Positions 18,321 through 28,230 of a DNA stretch of 64,000 nucleotides are shown here, in pieces. The notes below the pieces were generated by a model that saw only the letters and a program-made list of their open reading frames with translations, did not search any database and had not been told where the DNA came from. How positions within the stretch are numbered: the first letter of the stretch is position 1; the number at the start of each line of letters is the position of its first letter. A program made the position numbers and the translations under genes. The DNA is from Planctomycetota bacterium (lineage in GTDB: Bacteria; Planctomycetota; B15-G4): assembly GCA_038212275.1 (NCBI GenBank), contig JBBQUR010000006.1, positions 32,001-96,000 of the forward strand, written 5' to 3'.

Positions 18321-21026
18321 TTGGGCCTTTCAACCGGACGATGGAGCGCCGCGGGCGCTTTGCTGATCTTCGTGCTGCTGGCGGCAGGGCTGCTGCACGA
18401 AGGCATGCCGCCAGGCATGGTCATGCTTTCGAGCGAAGCGGTGCAGCACGCGCTGCCATGGTCCGCCGTGATGGAGCCGCTGCCGCCGCACAACGCCTTC
18501 CTGGGCGATCAGACCCGCATCGCCTACCCGTACCTGCTGGAGGCAGCCGAGGTCTACCGCGGGGCTGCCGACGCGCTGTGGACGTCCCGCGGCGGTGGCG
18601 GGCTGCCGTTTCTCGGCAACATGACGTCGTCGCTGTTCCACCCGCTCACGCTGCTGGTGGCGGTGCTGCCGGTGGAGCGCGTCCCGCTGCTGGCGGGCTT
18701 CCTCGTGCTCGTGCTGTCGGCGCAGTTCACCTACCTGTTCCTGCGGCGCCTGCGGCTGAGGTTCGCGCCGGCGCTCTTCGGCGGGCTGGCCTTCGGCATC
18801 GGCGGTCATCAGGTCGTGTGGTTGCAGTACGCGTTGTCGCACACGCTGCTGGCGCTGCCCTTCTGCTTCTGGGCGGTCGAGCGGCTGGTCGAGGACCGCA
18901 GCCGCGGGCGCGTCGCCGTGCTGGCCATCGGCTTTTCCCTGCTGGTCTTCGGCGGTCATCCGGAGACGGCCTTCGTGGCCTCAGCCGTGACCAGTTTGTG
19001 GGCGCTCTGGCGGCTCTGGGATGCGCACGGGCGCTTCCTGGTCGTCGGGGCCGTGCTGCTTGGCGCGGCGCTGTCCGCGGTGCAGTGGTTGCCCTTCCTC
19101 GAATACGCGCTCGACAGTCACGGCATGACGCTGCGCCTGCGCGAGGCCGAGCGCAGCGTGAGCGGCGTCACGTGGGGGGCTGCCGCCGTCTTCGGACTTT
19201 TTCTGCTGGCGGCGCTGGCTCTCCTCCGGGCCAGTGCCGAGAAGGGCGTCTTCAAGCGCTTCGCGGCGCTCATCAGCGGCATCGTGGTGCTCGTCATGGC
19301 CCGGCGCATGGGCATGGCCGTCTCGGCGTCCACGACCTTCCTGCCCGAGCTCTATGGCACGCCGGTCGGCGGCGGCAGCTACACCGGAGCGCAGGACTTC
19401 CCGGGGCTCGCGTCCGGCTTCGTCGGCGTGCTGCCGGCATTGCTGCTCGCGGTGGGCGCGCTGGCCGGGATGGGCGGCGGCTTCGTCCGCTTCTTCGCGA
19501 TCGCCGGCCTCGCGCTCTGGGGCACGGCCTTCCACATGCCGGCGGTCGAGATGGCCGTGCGCATGCTGCCCGGCATGGAGCAGATGGAGCCGACGCGCTT
19601 CCTCGGCACGGTCGGCTTCCTCGTCGCATGCGGCGGCGCGATGGTGCTCGACATTCTCTGCGACCGGGCCCAGAAGGCCGGCGTGCTTGCGGGCGCGCGG
19701 CGCATCGCGATCACGCTGGCGTGCGTGCTGGTCGGCGCCTGGCTGGTGCTGTCCATGCGCGACGGTTCGGCCGGCGGACGCACGGTGATCGCCGGCCTCC
19801 TCGAGCCCTCGCCCGACGCGGTCTGCGACGGCAGCGCGCCCGTGCCGATCCGCGTGCCGCTCACGCAGCCCGTGGACGACCTCTCCATCGTGGTGGATGG
19901 CAGGGTGCTGCGCTCGGGGCCGGCGGCCGTGCCGCCCGAAGGCCTTCCCGTGCAGGTCATGTATCTCAGCCAGCGTGGCGAGGAGGGCGTGCACTGGTTG
20001 CGCGTCGAGGCGACGACGGGCGGCGTGCGCTCGGTGCTGGCCGACCAGCCGCTGGTCATCTGGCGCAAGCGCGCGCTGCTCCCGCGCGATGCCTTCGCCG
20101 CCGCGGCCTCGGTCCTGCTGCTGCTGCTGCTGACCACGCGGCACAGGCCGTGGTTCGCCTGGGCGGCGGCGGTCGTCGTCGGTGCGGACGTGTTCTCCTT
20201 CGGCTACGGCTACAACGCCGCCACGCCGGTGGAGCGTCTCTATCCGCCGACGCGCACGGTGGACTTCCTGAGGCAGCAGGAGCAGCCGTTCCGCATCTTC
20301 ACCGAGGGCAACATCCTCCCGCCCGACACGCAGTTTGCCGCGGGCCTCGAGCACCTCCTCAGCTACGACAATCTCGGCTACCACCGCACCTATCAGTGGC
20401 TGCTCGAGCTGATGAACATGGACGCGTACGCGACGTACTCGTTCTCGCGTGCCAATGCCTACTACGCCAAGCCGGGCTTCGACGTGCTCGACGTGCGCTA
20501 CATCGTCACCGCCCCCGACACGGACCTGTTCGACATCGAGGGCCTGCGCCTGGTGCACGAGAGCGAGACCCGCGTCTGGGAGAACACCGACAATCTGGGG
20601 CGCGTCTTCGTCGTCGGTGCGGCACTCAACCTGAAGAGCGATCCGCTCGCGGAACTCTCGCGCGCCGACGCGCGCACGACGGCCTTCCTCGAGACGACCC
20701 TCGACACGCGTCTCGGCGGACGCGGCACGGCGCACATCACGAGCCGGCACGGAGGACGCATCGCGGTGGCGGCGGACATCGACGGCGATGCGCTGCTCGT
20801 GCTCGTGGAGAATCGCGGCCCCGGCTGGCTCTGCTCCGTCGACGGCGGCGAGCCGGCGCCCACCCTCGCCTGCGACGTCGCGTGGCAGGCCGTGCCGCTC
20901 GGCACGGGGCATCACGACCTCGTCTTCTGGCTGGACTCGCCGGCCTACCGCTGGGGCAGGAACCTGTCGCTGGCGGCCGCCGTGCTGCTGCTGGGCATGC
21001 TGCTCGTGCCCCGCAGATTCTCCTGA
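18321..21026 (+). CDS. YfhO-family (GT-C-like) membrane protein; start uncertain (TTG at 18321)
   Basis: LW....GGLPFLGN, FHP, GGHPET, LDVRYIV, PGW...VDG, GHHDL. Confidence 0.8.
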   Translation: MGLSTGRWSAAGALLIFVLLAAGLLHEGMPPGMVMLSSEAVQHALPWSAVMEPLPPHNAFLGDQTRIAYPYLLEAAEVYRGAADALWTSRGGGGLPFLGNMTSSLFHPLTLLVAVLPVERVPLLAGFLVLVLSAQFTYLFLRRLRLRFAPALFGGLAFGIGGHQVVWLQYALSHTLLALPFCFWAVERLVEDRSRGRVAVLAIGFSLLVFGGHPETAFVASAVTSLWALWRLWDAHGRFLVVGAVLLGAALSAVQWLPFLEYALDSHGMTLRLREAERSVSGVTWGAAAVFGLFLLAALALLRASAEKGVFKRFAALISGIVVLVMARRMGMAVSASTTFLPELYGTPVGGGSYTGAQDFPGLASGFVGVLPALLLAVGALAGMGGGFVRFFAIAGLALWGTAFHMPAVEMAVRMLPGMEQMEPTRFLGTVGFLVACGGAMVLDILCDRAQKAGVLAGARRIAITLACVLVGAWLVLSMRDGSAGGRTVIAGLLEPSPDAVCDGSAPVPIRVPLTQPVDDLSIVVDGRVLRSGPAAVPPEGLPVQVMYLSQRGEEGVHWLRVEATTGGVRSVLADQPLVIWRKRALLPRDAFAAAASVLLLLLLTTRHRPWFAWAAAVVVGADVFSFGYGYNAATPVERLYPPTRTVDFLRQQEQPFRIFTEGNILPPDTQFAAGLEHLLSYDNLGYHRTYQWLLELMNMDAYATYSFSRANAYYAKPGFDVLDVRYIVTAPDTDLFDIEGLRLVHESETRVWENTDNLGRVFVVGAALNLKSDPLAELSRADARTTAFLETTLDTRLGGRGTAHITSRHGGRIAVAADIDGDALLVLVENRGPGWLCSVDGGEPAPTLACDVAWQAVPLGTGHHDLVFWLDSPAYRWGRNLSLAAAVLLLGMLLVPRRFS

Positions 21027-21233
21027 GCGACCGCGGGGTCGGACGGGGGCCGTTCCGGCATGCCGCTGCCGGGGCTCCGGCCCGGTCGCTTGCTCTCAAG
21101 GCGCGGCGCCGGCGCTCTCGATAGGCCTTCCCGGATCCATGCCCTCCGGCACGGCACCGCGTGCGCACGTCGGCCGCGTCCTCCCGGCGGGCTCCGCAAC
21201 ACCCCGACGAGGCCTCGACAGCGGGGCGACTCC

Positions 21234-23318
21234 ATGAGCCAGCGCAGCGACGACCGCCTCTCCACACCGCGCGAACTCTTCGGCGGCAGTCCAGGCGACC
21301 CGCCTGCCGGCGGCTACATCCAGCTCGCGCGACAGCTCGATCAGCGCCGCCAATGGGCCGAGCTGAACTGGGCCGGGAGCCTCGACCAGTACCTCGACCT
21401 CGTCCGCGCCGATCCGCGCCTGGCGCGCAACGCCTACCAGCGGCTGCACGACATGATCGTGTCCTGGGGCGTCGACGCCGCGCCGTCCGGAAGCGAGGGG
21501 CCGGCGCACTATCGCTTCTTCAGGGACCCCGTCGCCGACGGGCGTGATGCGATCTTCGGGCTCGAGCAGCCGCTGGCCGACCTCGTCGCGCACCTGCGGG
21601 CTGCCGCGCACGGCCTCGGCGCCGAGCGGCGCGTGCTGCTGCTGCACGGGCCCGTGGGTTCGTCCAAGAGCACGATCGCGCGGCTGCTCAAGCGCGGCCT
21701 CGATCTCGTCTCGCGGCAGCCCGAGGGTGCCGTCTACAGCTACCGCTGGCACGTGGACGGCGAGGTCCACGACTGCCCGATGCACGAGGACCCGCTGCAC
21801 CTGCTGCCGGCCCCGGTGCGCGAGTCCGTGTTCAAGGACCTCAACGCGCGCTTCGGCGGCGACTACCGGCTGGCGCCCACCGGCAAGCTGTGCCCGGTGT
21901 GCCGCTTCTACTACGAGAAGCTGCTCAAGGACTCCGGCGGCGACTTCGGGGCGGTGGAGCGCGCGGTGGAATGCTTCCGCTTCGTGTTCAGCGAGCAGGA
22001 TCGCGTCGGCATCGGCACCTTCCAGCCGAAGGACGAGAAGAACCAGGACAGCACGGAGCTGACCGGCGACATCAACTACCGGCTCATCGCGCTCTACGGC
22101 AGCGACAGCGATCCGCGTGCGTTCAATTTCGACGGCGAATTCCACGTCGCCAACCGCGGGCTGATCGAATTCGTCGAGATCCTCAAGCTCGATGTGGCCT
22201 TCCTCTACGACCTGCTCGGCGCGAGCCAGGAACACACGGTGAAGCCCAAGAAGTTCGCGCAGACGGACATCGACGAGGTGATCCTCGGGCACACCAACAG
22301 CCCGGAGTTCCGCCGGCTGCAGAACAACGAGCTGATGGAGGCCTTCCGCGACCGCACGACGCGCATCGACATCCCGTACAACACGCGCCTCGCCGACGAG
22401 GTCCGCATCTACGCGAAGACCTTCGGGACAGGCGCTTGCGCGGGCCGACACCTCGCGCCGCATGCGCTGGAGGCCGCCGCGATGTGGGCCGTGCTCACGC
22501 GCCTCGCGGAGCCGAAGAACCACGCCGTCACGCTCGTGCAGAAAATGCACCTCTACGACGGCCGGGCCGTGTCGGGTTTCACGCCCGCGTCCGTGTCCGA
22601 GCTGCGTGGCGAGGCGCCGGCCGAGGGCATGACCGGCGTGTCTCCGCGCTACATCCAGGACCGCATCGCGGCCGCGCTCGTCGCGGAGCGGGCCCCGCCG
22701 TGCCTCACGGGCTTCGACGTGCTCGCATCGCTGGAGCGCGGCCTCGCCAACCACCCGCTCATCGACAGCGACGAGGTGCGTCGGCGCTACGCGGACCTGA
22801 TCGGCGTCGTGCGCGACGAGCTGGAGAACACGCTCAAGGACGAGGTGCGGGCGGCCGTCGCCGCGGACACCGAGGCCGTGCAGCGGCTGTGCTGCAACTA
22901 CGTCGATTCGGTCAGCCTCTCCGTGGATGGGGGAGCTTCCGCCGACGAGCGGCTCATGCGCTCCGTCGAGGAGAAGATCGGCGTCACCGAGGCGCGCAAA
23001 GGCGACTTCCGGCGCGAGATCGTGAACTACATCGATGCGCTCTCCGCGCGCGGCGAGAGCTTCACCTACCTGTCCAATCCGCGCCTGCGGCACGCGCTCG
23101 AGCTCAAGCTCTTCGAGGGCTGCCGCGACTCGTTCAAGCTCACCGCCGGCAGCAGCAGCGTCATCGACCGGGACGCCGCCGAGAAAGTGGACGTCATGGC
23201 GGCGCGGCTGGTGCGCGATCGCGGCTACTGCGAGCGCTGCGCGGCGCGCGCGCTGGACCACGTCGCCTCGGTGTTCGCCCGCGGCGAGCCGCGGCCGCCG
23301 GCCGACGACACGCCGTGA
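21234..23318 (+). CDS. prkA: PrkA/YeaG-family serine protein kinase (AAA+)
   Basis: LHGPVGSSKST, SDPRAFNFDGEF..ANRG..EFVEILK, NNELMEAFRDR. Confidence 0.93.
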   Translation: MSQRSDDRLSTPRELFGGSPGDPPAGGYIQLARQLDQRRQWAELNWAGSLDQYLDLVRADPRLARNAYQRLHDMIVSWGVDAAPSGSEGPAHYRFFRDPVADGRDAIFGLEQPLADLVAHLRAAAHGLGAERRVLLLHGPVGSSKSTIARLLKRGLDLVSRQPEGAVYSYRWHVDGEVHDCPMHEDPLHLLPAPVRESVFKDLNARFGGDYRLAPTGKLCPVCRFYYEKLLKDSGGDFGAVERAVECFRFVFSEQDRVGIGTFQPKDEKNQDSTELTGDINYRLIALYGSDSDPRAFNFDGEFHVANRGLIEFVEILKLDVAFLYDLLGASQEHTVKPKKFAQTDIDEVILGHTNSPEFRRLQNNELMEAFRDRTTRIDIPYNTRLADEVRIYAKTFGTGACAGRHLAPHALEAAAMWAVLTRLAEPKNHAVTLVQKMHLYDGRAVSGFTPASVSELRGEAPAEGMTGVSPRYIQDRIAAALVAERAPPCLTGFDVLASLERGLANHPLIDSDEVRRRYADLIGVVRDELENTLKDEVRAAVAADTEAVQRLCCNYVDSVSLSVDGGASADERLMRSVEEKIGVTEARKGDFRREIVNYIDALSARGESFTYLSNPRLRHALELKLFEGCRDSFKLTAGSSSVIDRDAAEKVDVMAARLVRDRGYCERCAARALDHVASVFARGEPRPPADDTP

Positions 23319-24436
23319 CCGGCCCGGACGGCGGCGCCGGAGGACGCATCGAGCGCGATCGCTCGCGCTTCCAGGACATCGTCCGCGGCGCGATCAAGCG
23401 CGACCTGAAGCGCTACGTCACGGGCAGCGAGCTCATCGGCCGCAAGGGTCGTCATCTCGTCTCGATCCCGGTGCCGCGCATCGAGCTGCCGCGCTTCCGC
23501 TTCGGCAGGAACGGCCGCGGCAAAGGGAACGGCGAAGGCGAGGGGGACGGCGAGGGCCAGCCGGGCGAGGGCAGCGCCGCGGGAGCCGCCGGCGGCCAGC
23601 CGGGCGCGCACCTGCTCGAAGTCGAGCTGTCGCTGGAGGAGCTTGCAGCGATCCTCGGCGAGGAACTGGAGCTGCCGAACATCGAGCCGCGCGGCCGGGC
23701 GCGCATCTCGTCACCGAGCCGGCGCTTCTCGGCGCTGAGGCGCACCGGGCCGCGCTCGCTGCGCCACATGCGGCGCACGTATCGCGAGGCGCTCAAGCGA
23801 CAGATCGTCACCGGCAGCTTCGACCCTGCCGATCCGTGCATCGTGCCCCACGCGGACGACCTGCGTTTCCGTTCGTGGAAGGAGACGTCGCGGCCGGATC
23901 ACGCCGCGATGATCCTGTACATGATGGACGTGTCCGGCTCGATGGGGCGCGAGCAGAAGGAGATCGTCCGGCTGGTGTCCTTCTGGATCGACACGTGGTT
24001 GCGCAGCCAGTACCGGAGCCTGCAGACGCGCTACGTCGTGCACGACGCCGTGGCCAGGGAAGTGGACCAGCAGACCTTCTACCGGCTGCGGGAATCGGGA
24101 GGCACGAAGATCAGCTCGGCTTACTCGCTGGCCGCCGACCTCGTCGAGCAGGAGTTCCCGGCGAGCGAGTGGAACCTCTATCTCTTCCATTTCTCCGACG
24201 GCGACAACTGGTCGGGGCGCGACACGGAGAAGTGCATGTCGCTGCTGCGCGAACGCCTGCTGCCCTCGTGCAATCTCTTCTGCTACGGCCAGGTGAAGAG
24301 CGCCTACGGCTCCGGGCAATTCAAGAAGGACGTGGACGGCGCACTGTCCGGCGAGGAGGGAGTCATCACCGCGGAGATCCTGGATCGCTCGGGGATCCTG
24401 CCCGCCATCAAGTCCTTCCTCGGCAAGGGCCGCTGA
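23315..24436 (+). CDS. yeaH: YeaH/YhbH (DUF444) vWA-like protein
   Basis: ELELPNIEP, DLRF, MMDVSGSM, ESGGTKISSAY, HFSDGDNW; synteny with prkA. Confidence 0.92.
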   Translation: MTGPDGGAGGRIERDRSRFQDIVRGAIKRDLKRYVTGSELIGRKGRHLVSIPVPRIELPRFRFGRNGRGKGNGEGEGDGEGQPGEGSAAGAAGGQPGAHLLEVELSLEELAAILGEELELPNIEPRGRARISSPSRRFSALRRTGPRSLRHMRRTYREALKRQIVTGSFDPADPCIVPHADDLRFRSWKETSRPDHAAMILYMMDVSGSMGREQKEIVRLVSFWIDTWLRSQYRSLQTRYVVHDAVAREVDQQTFYRLRESGGTKISSAYSLAADLVEQEFPASEWNLYLFHFSDGDNWSGRDTEKCMSLLRERLLPSCNLFCYGQVKSAYGSGQFKKDVDGALSGEEGVITAEILDRSGILPAIKSFLGKGR

Positions 24437-24441
24437 GGCTC

Positions 24442-25740
24442 ATGTCCGCTCCCGGGGCAGACCTGCGTGCGCTGCAATCCGAGGTGGAGGCGCGTGCGCG
24501 CGAGCTCGGTCTGCACGTGCCCGAGATCGTGTACGAGGTGGTGGATCATCGAGAGCTGAACGAGATCGCGGCCTACGGCGGTTTTCCCGTGCGCTACCAG
24601 CACTGGCGCTTCGGCATGGACTACGACCGGCTCATCAAGGGCCATGCCTACGGCCTGCAGCGCATCTACGAACTGGTCGTGAACACGGGCCCGGTGGTCG
24701 CATACCTGCTCAGGCAGAACGCGCCGGTCGAGCAGAAGCTCGTGATGGCGCACGTGTGCGGCCATGCGGATTTCTTCCGGCGCAACGCGTGGTTCGCCCA
24801 CACCGACCTGCACATGCTGGACACGATGGCGAGCCATGGCTCGCGCGTGGCTGCGCTGGCGGACCGCTTCGGCCGCGACGAGGTGGAGAGCTTCATCGAC
24901 CGCGTGCTGTCCGTGGACAATCTCGTGGATGCTTCGTCGCTCGGGCGCTCGCGCGGTCGGCCGGGCAATGCGCCCAGCCTCGATCACGGCGCGTCGCCCG
25001 GCGACATCCTGGGCCACCTGCTGCTCCGCGCGCCGCTCACGGACTGGCAGCAGGAAGTGCTGGCGATGCTGCGCGACGAGGCCTGCTACTTCCTGCCGCA
25101 GATGCTCACCAAGATCATGAACGAGGGCTGGGCAAGCTTCTGGCACAGCCGGCTCATGACCGGCACGCTGCTCCGCGACGCCGAGGTCGTGGACTATGCG
25201 CTGCAGCACGCGGGCGCCATGGGCGGCACGGACGGCCCCATGAATCCCTACAAGCTGGGCCTCGAGCTCTACCGCCACCTGGAACGGTGCGGCGGCCGCG
25301 ACGAGACTGCGGGACTCGCCGCCGCGTTCGAGGCGCGCGCCGTGCACAACGACCTGACCTTCGTGGACGAAGTGCTCGATGAGGACTTCGCGCGGGTGCA
25401 CCGACTCGGTGACACGACGGCGGAGTTCGCCGCTGCCAAGGAGGCGCTGCTCGCGTCGCTCACGAACGCCGGGCAGCCGGTGCTGCGGCGACTGCCCGGC
25501 GATGGCCCCGAGCTCGAGCTGCAGCATGTCTGGAGCGGCTCCGAGCTGCAGCTCGAGCAAGCCGAGGACACGCTGCGCAACCTCGGCGCGCTCTGGGGTG
25601 GCACGGTGCGCCTGCACACGCGCGTCGAAAACCGGGAGCTGCTGCTGACGTGCGCCGCCTCGGTCGTGACGCGCGAGCACGGAGAGGTGCTTGGCGAGGG
25701 CGGCCGGCGGGCCGCGGCATCCGCACCGCGGGTGAGCTGA
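24442..25740 (+). CDS. spoVR: SpoVR/YcgB-family protein
   Basis: GFPVRYQHWRFGM, IYELVVN, AHVCGHADFF, TKIMNEGWAS.WH, NPYKLG. Confidence 0.92.
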   Translation: MSAPGADLRALQSEVEARARELGLHVPEIVYEVVDHRELNEIAAYGGFPVRYQHWRFGMDYDRLIKGHAYGLQRIYELVVNTGPVVAYLLRQNAPVEQKLVMAHVCGHADFFRRNAWFAHTDLHMLDTMASHGSRVAALADRFGRDEVESFIDRVLSVDNLVDASSLGRSRGRPGNAPSLDHGASPGDILGHLLLRAPLTDWQQEVLAMLRDEACYFLPQMLTKIMNEGWASFWHSRLMTGTLLRDAEVVDYALQHAGAMGGTDGPMNPYKLGLELYRHLERCGGRDETAGLAAAFEARAVHNDLTFVDEVLDEDFARVHRLGDTTAEFAAAKEALLASLTNAGQPVLRRLPGDGPELELQHVWSGSELQLEQAEDTLRNLGALWGGTVRLHTRVENRELLLTCAASVVTREHGEVLGEGGRRAAASAPRVS

Positions 25741-25822
25741 GGGCCGCGCGCACGGCGGCGGGCCGACTGGACGGCTGTCGGTGCGCGCCGCTATACCGCG
25801 GCGCCCGCAGGAGGCCAGCCGA

Positions 25823-26503
25823 GTGTCTGAACTTGCCGTGATCTTCGACATGGACGGCGTCCTGGCGGATACCGAGCCGACGCACCTGGCCAGCACCCGT
25901 ACGCTCCTGGAACGCCACGGGGTGTCGCTCGATGCCGCCTTCTACGCGCGCTGCATGGGCATGGCGGAGCAGCCCTTTTTCGAGCTGCTCGTGCGGCATT
26001 TCGGACTGTCCGCGGACCCGGCGCTGCTGGCGCGCGAGCGGCTGGCGCTGTCCCTGGTGGCGCTGGCGGAGGCGCCGCTGCTGCCCACGGAGGGTGCGCT
26101 GGAATGCCTGCTGGCGCTGCGACTGGACGGGTTCCGCCTCGCGCTGGCCTCGTCGGCAAGCCGGGAGCAGGTGGCGCTCGTCGTGGAGAGGCTGGGCCTC
26201 GGCTCGTTGCTCGATGCGCAGGTCTGCGCCCAGGATGTCGCGCGCGCGAAGCCCGCGCCGGACATCTTCCTCGAGGCGGCGCGTCGGCTTGGCGTCTCTC
26301 CGGAGGACTGTCTCGTGGTGGAGGATGCCGTGCTGGGAGTCGCGGCCGCGCGAGCGGCAGGCATGAACGCGGTGGCCCTGCTTTCGTCAGGCGCCGAGGG
26401 CGCGGCACACCTTGCTGCCGGCGCATCGGCCTGCCTGCGGACACTGCACGAGCTCACTCCGGAGCGTGCGGCGGGATGGGCGAGCGATCGGATGCACCCG
26501 TAA
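25823..26503 (+). CDS. HAD-family phosphatase (beta-PGM-like)
   Basis: IFDMDGVLADTE, ASS, KPAPDIF, VVEDA..G; GGAGG RBS before the GTG. Confidence 0.9.
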   Translation: MSELAVIFDMDGVLADTEPTHLASTRTLLERHGVSLDAAFYARCMGMAEQPFFELLVRHFGLSADPALLARERLALSLVALAEAPLLPTEGALECLLALRLDGFRLALASSASREQVALVVERLGLGSLLDAQVCAQDVARAKPAPDIFLEAARRLGVSPEDCLVVEDAVLGVAAARAAGMNAVALLSSGAEGAAHLAAGASACLRTLHELTPERAAGWASDRMHP

Positions 26504-26536
26504 AAACTGACGGGCGCCCCCGAAGGGGCGCCCATC
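26502..26536 (-). terminator. Rho-independent terminator
   Basis: gggcgcccc-ttcg-ggggcgccc hairpin on the minus strand followed by gtcagttttt. Confidence 0.8.
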
Positions 26537-26565
26537 GGCAAGGACAGAAGAAATCGCGCGAGCGA

Positions 26566-26649
26566 CTACTTCTTGCGGCGCGCGGTCTTCTTCGTCGCCT
26601 TCTTGCGGCCAGCCTTCTTGGTGGCCTTCTTCTTTGCCTTCTTGGCCAT
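26566..26649 (-). CDS. 27-aa lysine-rich (histone H1/protamine-like) miniprotein
   Basis: MAKKAKKKATKKAGRKKATKKTARRKK; AAAGGGAG SD upstream; own terminator. Confidence 0.75.
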   Translation of the reverse strand: MAKKAKKKATKKAGRKKATKKTARRKK

Positions 26650-26980
26650 GACAGATTCTCCCTTTGAACAAAGGTAACGGAAGCTCGGTTGCTCCGTTTC
26701 CGTTGTTATCGGTGATCCTGCGCCGGAATGAAGCGCAGACTCGCGCGACGTGCGCGACGGAGCGTTGCCTCGTCGCGTGCACGCGCGTTGCGAACAGCGT
26801 TGCCATCGCATCGCGCATCACGCACGGTGCGCGTGCGACGCGTTCGTGGTGATCACCCGGAAACGTCGCAACGACGCGGGCTTCCGGGAGGGAGCCTCCG
26901 CGCGCGTCGTGTCAAGCGGCGCTCTTCAGGCAGGGCGGGCCAAGGCGGCCGGATACCGCCTTGCGACCCCGATTCCGGGG

Positions 26981-26998
26981 CCAAAAAATATTTTTTGG
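26981..26998. promoter_or_regulatory. Perfect 18-bp AT-rich palindrome, candidate operator
   Basis: ccaaaaaatattttttgg in a divergent intergenic region. Confidence 0.55.
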
Positions 26999-27183
26999 AA
27001 TGGGCCTAAAGTGCCCCCTCCGGCCGTGCTCCGGAGGCCCTCCGGGAGGGGACGCGCACGGTCCACGACGCCTGGAGCAGGTGTGCGCGCAGGACGTTCG
27101 CACCGTGTCGATGCCGCCGCGGTTGACTTCGAGGCGGCGGGACGGAATCCTCTGCACCCTCACTCGCGAGTGCTGGCGAGCAT

Positions 27184-27260
<77 letters not shown>

Positions 27261-27292
27261 CTCCTGGCGACGCGCGGCCTGCCGTGTGCGCC

Positions 27293-27326
27293 CGCGCCGG
27301 ACAGCCGACCGCGCCGGACAGCCGAC
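27293..27326. repeat. 17-bp tandem duplication (cgcgccggacagccgac x2)
   Basis: Read directly between the tRNA and tadA. Confidence 0.7.
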
Positions 27327-27340
27327 CAAGCCGGCAGGGG

Positions 27341-27871
27341 ATGCCTCAACGCCGCATGAATCCCGCGATCGTTCCGCCGCCGGCTTCCATGGTTCGGTAC
27401 GCCTTTGAACTGGCGCTGGCGCAGGCGCTGCTCGCCGAAGCGCACGACGAAGTTCCCGTCGGCGCGGCGATTCTCGGGCCTGACGGGGCCGTGCTCGCGC
27501 TCGGGAGGAACGAGATCGAGGCACGGCGCGACCCGACGGCTCACGCGGAGCGACTCGCGTTGACGGCGGCCTGCGCGGTGGTCGGCGCGCCGCGCTTGCC
27601 CGAAGGCAGCCTGCTGGTGGCCACGCTCGAGCCCTGCGCCATGTGCGCCGGGGCCATCGTCCTGGCGCGGGTCCGATTCCTGGCGTTCGGCGCGACCGAC
27701 CCCAAGGCGGGGGCCTGCGGGTCATTGCGCGACGTCGTGCGCGACACGCGCCTCAACCATCGGGTCGAGCTGCTCCCCTCGCAGCGGGCCGAGGAGTGCG
27801 GCGACCTGCTGACGCGCTTCTTCCGCGTTCGCAGATCCGCGCCGGCACGGGACTGTCCGGGGCCGGGCTGA
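27341..27871 (+). CDS. tadA: tRNA adenosine(34) deaminase
   Basis: EVPVGA, DPTAHAE, TLEPCAMCAGA, DPKAGACGS, LNH; start may be 27356 or 27389. Confidence 0.92.
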   Translation: MPQRRMNPAIVPPPASMVRYAFELALAQALLAEAHDEVPVGAAILGPDGAVLALGRNEIEARRDPTAHAERLALTAACAVVGAPRLPEGSLLVATLEPCAMCAGAIVLARVRFLAFGATDPKAGACGSLRDVVRDTRLNHRVELLPSQRAEECGDLLTRFFRVRRSAPARDCPGPG

Positions 27872-27931
27872 TTCCCTAGAATCCCCGCCCGCCCTGCCCG
27901 GACGTGGGGGCAAGAGACAGGTGTGCCGCGC

Positions 27932-28021
27932 GGAGAGGTGACAGAGAGGCCGATTGTGCTTGCTTGGAAAGCAAGTGAACGGGCAACCGTTCCGGGGGTT
28001 CGAATCCCTCCCTCTCCGCCA
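27932..28021 (+). tRNA. tRNA-Ser(GGA)
   Basis: Long variable arm; cttgc-ttGGAaa-gcaag; ggttcgaatcc; CCA end. Confidence 0.95.
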
Positions 28022-28083
28022 GACCTCCCGACCATTCCGCGGACGACCTGCCCGATCCTGCATGCGTTGACAACCCGACGTTC

Positions 28084-28174
<91 letters not shown>

Positions 28175-28230
28175 GACGCCAGCCTCGGGCGGTTTGCCCC
28201 GCATGGTGGCATCCGAGGGTCGGCGCCGCC

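Noticed and set aside
21096..23261. Long antisense ORFs (also 18981-20915, 28275-30302, 31060-32799 and others)
   Set aside because: Shadow frames expected from high GC3 opposite well-supported genes; no motifs
21234..25740. prkA-yeaH-spoVR as a novel or sporulation system
   Set aside because: A well-known conserved module present in many non-sporulating bacteria
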